Under the pieces are notes generated by a model that was not told the DNA's origin, did no database searches, and saw only the letters and a list, made by a program, of their open reading frames with translations. A stretch of DNA of 11,095 nucleotides from Azolla caroliniana (lineage: Eukaryota > Plantae > Polypodiophyta), in NCBI GenBank assembly GCA_043228905.1, contig JBHGNT010001192.1, forward strand, positions 1 through 11,095. Reading direction: 5' to 3'. Made by a program: the position numbers and the translations under genes. Shown here piece by piece: positions 1 to 6,890 of the stretch; within the stretch, counting starts at the first letter, position 1, and each line of letters opens with the position of its first letter.

Positions 1-1
1 A

Positions 2-1384
2 TTCATTTGTATATTGAAGGCATGTGGGAGCATAGGGGCTTTTGAAAAGGGTAAACAAGTTCATGACAAGATTAGAGATGCCAACTTGCTAAAGTGGGAT
101 ATTGTGCTTGGGACTGCTCTGGTGGATATGTATGCCAAATGTGGTCTCGTTGCAAAAGCTGAGCAAGTGCTTGAGGAGCTTCCTCTGCAAAATGTAGTCT
201 CTTGGTCTGTGGTTATCGGTGGATATGCACAACAAGGACAAGGCCACGAAGCACTGAACTGTTTTGGACGCCTTCAGAGAGAGGGCCTCTTTCCAGATGT
301 AGTCACTTTCACTTGTGTCTTGAAGGCTTGTGGCAGCATAGGCGCTATAGACAAAGGTAAACAAATTCACAACGAGATTATGAGTAGGGGTTTCCTAGGG
401 AAGGATATCATGCTTGGTACGGGTTTGGTCGATATGTATGCCAAATGTGGTGCACTTACAAAAGCACGAGATGTGCTTAAAGAGCTTCCTCATCGAGATG
501 TAATCGCGTGGAATGCACTTGTTTCTGGATATGCCCAACAAGGGCTAGGTCCTGAAGCACTTAGCTGTTTCGAAGAGATGCAAAAGGAAGCCATCTTTCC
601 AGATGAGGTAACCTTCTTATGTGTCTTGACCTCATGTTGCCATTCAGGCCTATTGAATGAGGCTCAAATGATTTTTGGGGACATGCAAAAACAATATGGT
701 GTTACTCCAAAGATTGAGCATTACACTTGCATGGTGGTTGTGCTTGGCTGTGCAGGACTCTTTGACAAGGTATTGTCACTTATTCAAGTGATGCCATCTT
801 CGGATTATCCAGCGGTTTGGCTTGCATTATTAGGTGCATGTAGAAAATGGGGAAATGTGGAGCTTGGTAGATTGGCTTTTGATCAAACAGTACAACTAGA
901 TGATAGTTGTATTGCAGCTTATGTTCTTATGGCTAATACTTTTGTAGCTGCGGGCATGCAAGAGGATGCAGAAAGGGTCGAAGCAATGAGGATGAAATAC
1001 ACTGCTTGTTCAAAGCATCAAGGAGCTAGTGTGTGGGTTGATGTGAGTGGAAATATCCATTCATTTCCTCTCAGAGATACAATACATTGTCAAAATAATA
1101 GAGCTATCCATGCGAAGGTTAATGATATCATCCTTAAAACATCACAAAAGGGATATGCTTTTGCTACACTGTCTGAGAAAAGTGAGTTTCTTGCCATTGC
1201 ATGTGCTCTCGTAAATGCCTTCCAAGAGGAAACGATACATATCATGAACAGCATGCCTATTTGTGCTGACTGCCATGCTGCCATAGCCATTATATCAAAA
1301 TTAGAGAGACGAAAGATTACACTCAAAGATCCTGACTCCCTTCATGTGTTTGAGGATGGAAAATGTTATTGCGCTGCTCGGTGA
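2..1384 (+). CDS. PLS-class PPR protein with E1/E2 and a degenerate DYW-like domain (5'-partial)
   Basis: The frame is open from base 2 (FICILKACGS...), so the TTG at 14 is not the true start. Motifs: L-S-P-L-S-P2-L2-S2 (IVLGTALVDMYAKCG, VVSWSVVIGGYAQQG, VVTFTCVLKACG, EHYTCMV), E1 (PAVWLALLGACRKWGN), E2 (AAYVLMAN), then a DYW-like tail with CADCH and HVFEDGKCYC. Stop TGA at 1382-1384. No intron in the visible part. Confidence 0.95.
   Translation, partial: FICILKACGSIGAFEKGKQVHDKIRDANLLKWDIVLGTALVDMYAKCGLVAKAEQVLEELPLQNVVSWSVVIGGYAQQGQGHEALNCFGRLQREGLFPDVVTFTCVLKACGSIGAIDKGKQIHNEIMSRGFLGKDIMLGTGLVDMYAKCGALTKARDVLKELPHRDVIAWNALVSGYAQQGLGPEALSCFEEMQKEAIFPDEVTFLCVLTSCCHSGLLNEAQMIFGDMQKQYGVTPKIEHYTCMVVVLGCAGLFDKVLSLIQVMPSSDYPAVWLALLGACRKWGNVELGRLAFDQTVQLDDSCIAAYVLMANTFVAAGMQEDAERVEAMRMKYTACSKHQGASVWVDVSGNIHSFPLRDTIHCQNNRAIHAKVNDIILKTSQKGYAFATLSEKSEFLAIACALVNAFQEETIHIMNSMPICADCHAAIAIISKLERRKITLKDPDSLHVFEDGKCYCAAR
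1013..1384 (+). other. Degenerate DYW (cytidine deaminase-like) domain, resembling the DYW:WW variant
   Basis: PG-box equivalent KHQGASVWVDVSGNIHSF at 1013. GY at 1151-1156. LSEKSEFLAIACALVN replaces HSEKLAIA. CADCH at 1262-1276, HVFEDGKCYC at 1343-1372. Ends in AAR rather than DYW. The subtype call rests on recalled consensus, not an HMM search. Confidence 0.85.
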
Positions 1385-1498
1385 AAATAGAGGTTTTCAA
1401 AAATCAAATAGGCATGGAGAATGCATTTTTAGGTGGTGTAAGGAGGTGATTAAGGATTCTTATGGGAACCAGATTCCTCATGAATCACTGAGTGATCA

Positions 1499-1745
1499 CC
1501 ACTTTTGGAAGTTGGACTCTTGCCAGAAGATTAGTTTTGTATGGAAAGTGGGTTGGAAGTATGGGATTCCCACCTGTGACAAAGGCTAGTAGTCTATTTG
1601 ATAATGCCTAGAATGAACCCATATTGGTTCCATAGTTTTCTGATGTCTGCTCTTTTGGCTGTTTACTGTGAAGTTGGCTTGTGTCATGCCATATGTGGAG
1701 GTTGAGATGGAGAGACATTATCATTGGGATGTATCTGCATGGACA
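1499..1745 (+). mobile_element. Possible highly eroded LINE C-terminal (zf-RVT) relic
   Basis: HFWKLDSCQKISFVWKVGWKYGIPT resembles the W-KL-x-x-KI-x-F-x-W...LPT motif. EMERHYHWD near 1705-1732 resembles ETxxHxxWDC. The spacing between the two is too long and the frames are broken. Confidence 0.25.
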
Positions 1746-2529
1746 TGATTTCTCATGTGGGAGATATAACAAAGCCAAACTTGTCAATAACGTGATGAGT
1801 TTTGGCTCCAAAAATACCTACGCTTTCGGTGTGTAGGTAAATTCTTACATGTAAATAGCTCGTTAGCTACACTTCGAATCAAATTGTTCATTCACGTGTT
1901 TATGGGGTGATTTAGTGTGACTTACAAAGTTTTGTTCAATTTATGTGTGTTTCTGGTGAATCGCCCCGAAAAACCCATTCTCCCAAACACATCGACATCT
2001 TCAATTTTCAAAATACAATATATCACATAGTCTTTTCATAGCATTTAGCTTGCGCGAGGGAGAAAAAGTCACCATCAATGAGGCAAGCTGGACAAATGAA
2101 TTGTTATGACTTACTACATGGGAAGTGGATGATATAGAATACTTGGGCCAACCAAGACGTATGTCTACATTTACTATGTAAGAATATGAAGATTATCTTG
2201 ATTCCATTATATCTCATTGTTGGAAGGTATACATAATTTTTTGCATGTATTTTGATCAATAAGTAAAGTAAAAACTCGAATTGGTTAGCTTATGCAACTC
2301 ATGCTAGTTTGCAATCTAAGCTAGTCACTATTTGGAACTAGTGTCATTTATCTTTGCATGAATGTGTTTCCTTTGGATACATGTAAGCGAATGTTCAATT
2401 TGCAATGTGGAGAATCAGAGAAACATGGAAAGATTATAGTTATGATGATTGTCCACGAGGAATGGAGGTTGAAACATTAGTACCACATGAGGTTGTTCGA
2501 GTTGATATGGACTTACGAGATTTTCTCAA

Positions 2530-2905
2530 AAATTTATAAAACACATGCCCACATCTCTGAATTTCTTGACACATTTGTTAAAAGGATTCAAAGAAAAGTC
2601 TCTCTATTGGCATGTCCAATCAATGAATTGATAAACTTGAGCGCTTTTCTTAGAAATTAAAACTTTGTGTAGTCATGCCACCCATGTTATTGGATCGTGG
2701 ATCCAAATAAACTTTGAAGGTGAAAATAGATGGCAATAGATTTATGTACGGGAGCACTACAATTGATTGGGACAACAGACTTACCACATTCAGAGGTAGA
2801 AAGGTCACAATAAAGAATTGTTCATTGATGAGGTCAAGTTTGTAAAGCTTGATGGACAATACTAATGCAAGATTTTAGCTGTGAATGTCCTTTACGTCAT
2901 AAAGG
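2530..2905 (+). mobile_element. Degraded Ty3/gypsy pol fragment (RT connection and RNase H)
   Basis: Across frameshifts the motifs occur in the correct order: KFIKH/AHIS/LTHLLK (2530-2583, cf. RRFIKxYAxIxxPLTxLLK), LEIKTL, VDPNK...EID/TGAL (2697-2760, cf. DPNKPFEVETDASxxxIGAVL), HNKELF (cf. EKELxAI), WTILMQDFSCE (2853-2885, cf. RWxxxLQxFDxEI). Many stops and indels. Confidence 0.6.
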
Positions 2906-3779
2906 TGATCTAATTAATCTAAAACCTATGTTGAGAATAGATCTATGATTTTTGCCAAGTCTCCACCCAAACGGATCGTTTCTAAACCTTGGATACTTCT
3001 AAATGTACTTCCCTTGTTTAAAATTAAAATACATTGGTACTTATCCTCTTTCTCAACTCATTCCTTCAATTTTTAATGAATGGCTAAGAAGTGTGGGATA
3101 GATGGGTTGGATCGTTACAAAAGATGCATCCAATCCGTTGTTGGTTGTCAGATGTGGATTAGGTTTTAGAATTGTCATTCACTCATTGTGTGATGAGTCG
3201 CTACAATTGAGAGGGATGTTCTCAATGTTAATTAAGTGATGCCAATCGACATAAGTGTGACCACTTTTATATTTGTCAACGATCTCGAACTATTTGACTT
3301 TCTTGAAAGATTCCCATTTGCAATCTATTGTGCCATTTTAGAGAGAGAGAGATAATATAATAGAATATATTTTTTATCATCCAAGAGGAGACCAAATCTG
3401 ATCATTAATAAAAAAATCCACCATATGAAAATAATGCATGCATACATGTGCCCACCCTTCTTGGCGGGGATTTGCATTTCACATTTAAGTATTATTAAGT
3501 TCCTAGTTCTCACAAATTACCATATACGTTGAGCATGTAAGTAATATCCATCCTCCACTAGGTATTCATTGCATACTTTGCATATCTTCATACTTGGGTG
3601 ACGATGCACTGATGTTGTGCCTACATGTAACTTGTGTGAGCTAGTTTAAGTGTTACGGTTCTCTAAGAGCCAAGGTTCATGGGGGTAATAAGATGCAGTT
3701 GGATACATTCACAGATTTTCACTTTGTATTGGAGCCAACATTAAGAGTATGTAACATTCTAATTTTGACGTATTAACAT

Positions 3780-4030
3780 CTTGTCATTTCATCATTAGTG
3801 CCTCTTGTAATCTATCCTTGATCATCACATACTTTTAAGAGCTCCAATAAATCTTTACCTCCCCATCTTGTAAACCATTTCATAATGTCAAGCACCCAAC
3901 CATATGAGAGGCTTTTGCTCTTATTGATTTTTGTACCTTGTATCCAATGTTGATGTATCACCCAATCTTTAGTTTGATGCATCCATGCGGCGTGACGTTA
4001 AGAGAAGACATTCCTGGTATGCAAAGATGT
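3780..4030 (-). mobile_element. Possible eroded hAT transposase relic
   Basis: Minus-strand pieces TPHGCIKLKIG, VLDIMKWFTRWGGKDLL and MIKDRLQEAL loosely follow the plant hAT order (AHCxxLxLxDIG ... LxxMRxFTxGxELL ... KxxL). Short, broken matches judged by eye. Confidence 0.3.
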
Positions 4031-4703
4031 GTGAATGTAAATATTTGAGTCCATGACCTTGTGTTGATACCTAACGGCTTGCCACTAAGGTAATTCCAAA
4101 CACGAAGGCATAACAATGATAGTGGCTCACCTTTTGCCAATTTGATGGAGATTCTCACAAGTTTGGAGCATGGAACAATTATCCTAAGATAAAGAGTATA
4201 TGTTGGACATTTGAGCACAACATGAGAGAAAGAAGAGGTTATTTAACATCCAAGGGAGACTGAATACACCTCATGAGTAAACAAGCATGTAAAGCATATG
4301 ATGCATATCATCCATTCTTATCGTGTCACCATATCTTTTTATTTAATTTTTCACCCACGGGTTGACTACTACTACCTGTTGAGTTGGTTGCCCGACTACC
4401 AAATACTTTTGTTTTGTTTGAACAGAGCTCTCCTCAACGGCAGATAATTTAACAAAATGTCTCATGAATCTATATCTCATGCTTGGCCATTAGTATATGC
4501 ACCTCCAGATTTACAATTACCGTACATAGGTAACCAGCCTTCATGCATTGTGTGCCACTAGATATACCCTGAGTCAGCCATAATTACAAGCATTCTCTAT
4601 CTTTCCTATGAATTTGGGGTGTAATGCTTCGCAAGTGGGATATGATGCTCCCTTATTACAGCAAGTCTTTGACATAAAAAACCCACAAAGTTATGAGATT
4701 TGG

Positions 4704-6545
4704 TCAATATTCAGACTCATCATCCCATTCACTGTCAATTACAGCCAATATATTCGTTAGTGCTACATAAGCTCCCGTAACCAACGAGTTAAGCTCAAGG
4801 GTTTGTTTTGCGGCATATCTGGCTCTCTCCATGTCACCGTGACCTCTAGAGGCACTGACCAAGGACATCCAATCTAGAACCCCTGCCTTTAATGGCATTT
4901 CCTTCACAAACTCCTCAGCCTCTTCGAGGCACCCAGCTCTACCAAGGAGATCTATTATGCATGTGTAATGTTGAGAAGTTGCCACAATTCCACAGTCATA
5001 ACACATGAAACAGAAATATAGTAAGCCTTCAGTAAGCAAGCCTGTATGACTGCATGCTGAAAGCACACTAATGAAGGTGTTCTCTGTTGGTTTTATACCT
5101 TTCATTTGCATCTGCAGGAAAAGGTCGACTGCTTTCGAGCTATTTCCATGCTGTGAATTTGCAGATATCATTGCATTCCACGAAACAGTGTCATATATGT
5201 TGGACGTATTCTTAAAAACAGCATGTGCATCCATAAGGCTTCCACAGCGATTATACATACTGATCAACGCATTCTTCACAGCAACATTGTTATTGCCGCT
5301 GCCTATGTCTTCTTCATTGTGATTGTCATCATCAACAATGCACGAATGCAATAGCTTGCCAGCCACCAGGTTTCCGGTGGCAGAGCATGTCTCAAGAAGT
5401 GAAAGTAAGGTGTTTATATTGGCCTTCATGCCCTCCTTGTGCATTTGTCCATAAAGCAAACAAGCTTCCTCACCATACCCATGCTTGGCATGCGCCGATA
5501 TGATGGCTGACCACGAAACATGGTTTCCTGCGGGCATTCCAGTGAACACTTTCAACGCAGCATCAAAGTCTCCACATTTGCTGTACATGTCCATGAGAGC
5601 AGTACCCAAAACTACATCTATTGCCATCCCTGAGGTTTTAATGAGGGAATGTAACTGCTTACCCTCGTCCAATTTGGCGAGGGTGCGGCAAGCCGAGAGG
5701 AGCGTGAGAAAGCTGACTTTGTTAGGTTTGATTCCTTCTTGCTGCATTTGAGCATAAAGCTGGAAGACCATCTCAGCCTCCCCAAGTTGGGAGCATACAG
5801 TAAACATGGAGTTCCAGGCACTAACATCCCTCTTCGGCATCATACCCAAAATTCGGAAGGCATCATCGAGGTGCCCACGCATGCCATAGAAAGCGAGGAG
5901 CGCATTCGCGGCATGGCCAACGCGATCGAGGCCGTGGCATACAAGAAGAAAATGTGTGATCTTACCTTCGAGAGAGCAAGCAGGCGAAGACTTGGCGCAC
6001 GCGGAGATGACAGTGATGAAGGTGAACTTGTCGGGGGATAGGTCTACGCGCTGCTGCTGTAGCATGTCAAGGAGCAAGCGGAAGGCAGTTTGGGCATGGG
6101 CATGGGCATGGGCGGCCAGGACCAGGTTCCAAGAGACACGGTTGCGGGCTGGCATGGACTGGAAGGCGCGGAGAGCCAGGCCCGGGGCATGGCACAGATC
6201 ATACATGCGGATAACATGGTTGCACAGGATGATGATGCTGCTACTTCTGAGCTGCCCATCATCCCTGAAAGGGGAGGAGGTGTGGGGATGGAGAAGCTCA
6301 AGGAGGCGGGAGTGCAGGCGCTTGCCTTGAAGCAGGGCTCTGTTGCGGCCGCAAGCTTGAAGGAGGGAGGCGAAGGTGAGGTACAATGGGTGAGGAGGAG
6401 GGTGCAGATCCCGCACACCTCCTCCTCCTCCTGCAAGGATATGGGGATGGACTGCTTCTGATTCTGCTTCTGCTTCTGCTTCTGCTTCTGCTTCGATTTC
6501 CCCTGCAGAAAGGGCAACTGCAGGTTCTCTCCATGGATGATTCAT
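4704..6545 (-). CDS. PLS-class PPR protein, E subclass (E1 plus truncated E2, no DYW), 613 aa
   Basis: About 14 PPR motifs, (L-S-P)x3-L-S-P2-L2-S2 (e.g. VVLGTALMDMYSKCG, TVSWNAMISA, TFISVLSACSHTG, QHYTCIIDLLGRAG). E1 VLDWMSLVSASRGHGD, then GAYVALTNI and a stop. An in-frame TAG lies immediately before the ATG at 6545. Single-exon ORF. Confidence 0.93.
   Translation of the reverse strand: MNHPWREPAVALSAGEIEAEAEAEAEAESEAVHPHILAGGGGGVRDLHPPPHPLYLTFASLLQACGRNRALLQGKRLHSRLLELLHPHTSSPFRDDGQLRSSSIIILCNHVIRMYDLCHAPGLALRAFQSMPARNRVSWNLVLAAHAHAHAQTAFRLLLDMLQQQRVDLSPDKFTFITVISACAKSSPACSLEGKITHFLLVCHGLDRVGHAANALLAFYGMRGHLDDAFRILGMMPKRDVSAWNSMFTVCSQLGEAEMVFQLYAQMQQEGIKPNKVSFLTLLSACRTLAKLDEGKQLHSLIKTSGMAIDVVLGTALMDMYSKCGDFDAALKVFTGMPAGNHVSWSAIISAHAKHGYGEEACLLYGQMHKEGMKANINTLLSLLETCSATGNLVAGKLLHSCIVDDDNHNEEDIGSGNNNVAVKNALISMYNRCGSLMDAHAVFKNTSNIYDTVSWNAMISANSQHGNSSKAVDLFLQMQMKGIKPTENTFISVLSACSHTGLLTEGLLYFCFMCYDCGIVATSQHYTCIIDLLGRAGCLEEAEEFVKEMPLKAGVLDWMSLVSASRGHGDMERARYAAKQTLELNSLVTGAYVALTNILAVIDSEWDDESEY
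6462..6494. repeat. Coding hexamer microsatellite (TTCTGC)5, encoding EAEAEA in gene 2
   Basis: Read directly from the sequence. Other in-frame repeats are (CCT)5 at 6418-6432 and (TGGGCA)3+ at 6091-6113. Confidence 0.95.
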
Positions 6546-6616
6546 CTACTCTGCCCATCACCATAGATACCATACATCTATTCTCTCTTTCATCTACTCT
6601 GCCCATCACCATAGAT
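6541..6616. repeat. 28-bp perfect direct repeat, 48-bp period, overlapping the gene 2 start codon
   Basis: TTCATCTACTCTGCCCATCACCATAGAT occurs at 6541-6568 and 6589-6616. Confidence 0.95.
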
Positions 6617-6630
6617 TCATGCCATACACA

Positions 6631-6682
6631 TCTCTCTCTGTCTCTGTCTCTCTCCATGTGATTCATCATTCAGATATATACA
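6631..6682 (-). promoter_or_regulatory. Candidate core promoter / 5'UTR elements of gene 2 (TATATA and GA-rich tract)
   Basis: TATATA at 6675-6680, about 130 bp upstream of the ATG. It is followed on the minus strand by a GA/GACAGA-rich tract at 6631-6654. Motif-only evidence. Confidence 0.3.
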
Positions 6683-6695
6683 TACTAGTGAAGTG

Positions 6696-6888
6696 ATGTA
6701 TGTATGTATGTATGTATGTATGTATGAAGGTATGTATGTATGTATGAAGGTATGTATGTATGTATGAAGGTATGTATGTATGTATGTATGTATGTATGTA
6801 TGTATGTATGTATGTATGAAGGTATGTATGTATGTATGAAGGTATGTATGTATGTATGTATGTATGTATGTATGTATGTATTTATGTA
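6696..6888. repeat. Compound (TATG)n microsatellite with AAGG variant units
   Basis: About 190 bp of TATG, with AAGG at 6727, 6747, 6767, 6819 and 6839, giving a 20-bp higher-order unit (TATG)4AAGG. Confidence 0.98.
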
Positions 6889-6890
6889 AG

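Noticed and set aside
14-16. TTG start of the 456-aa ORF
   Set aside because: The frame is open upstream and falls mid-L-motif, so the gene begins outside the window.
1013-1384. Assignment as a DYW:KP (U-to-C candidate) domain
   Set aside because: It lacks the KPAxA box and HAE. SVWVD and ACALVN look closer to the WW variant.
1815-1839. Hairpin TACCTACGC-TTTCGGT-GTGTAGGTA resembling a Helitron 3' hairpin or terminator
   Set aside because: There is no CTRR end at the expected distance on either strand, and bacterial-type terminators are irrelevant here.
4500-4703. Possible eroded E+/DYW relic after the gene 2 stop (HNFVG, GASYPTCEALHPKF, MKAGY on the minus strand)
   Set aside because: The fragments are short, in different frames and wrongly spaced, with no HSE or CxxC. 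They are not distinguishable from chance by eye.
5071-6661. Several antisense or alternate-frame ORFs over gene 2
   Set aside because: These are shadow ORFs of a GC-rich, repeat-containing CDS with no recognisable domains.
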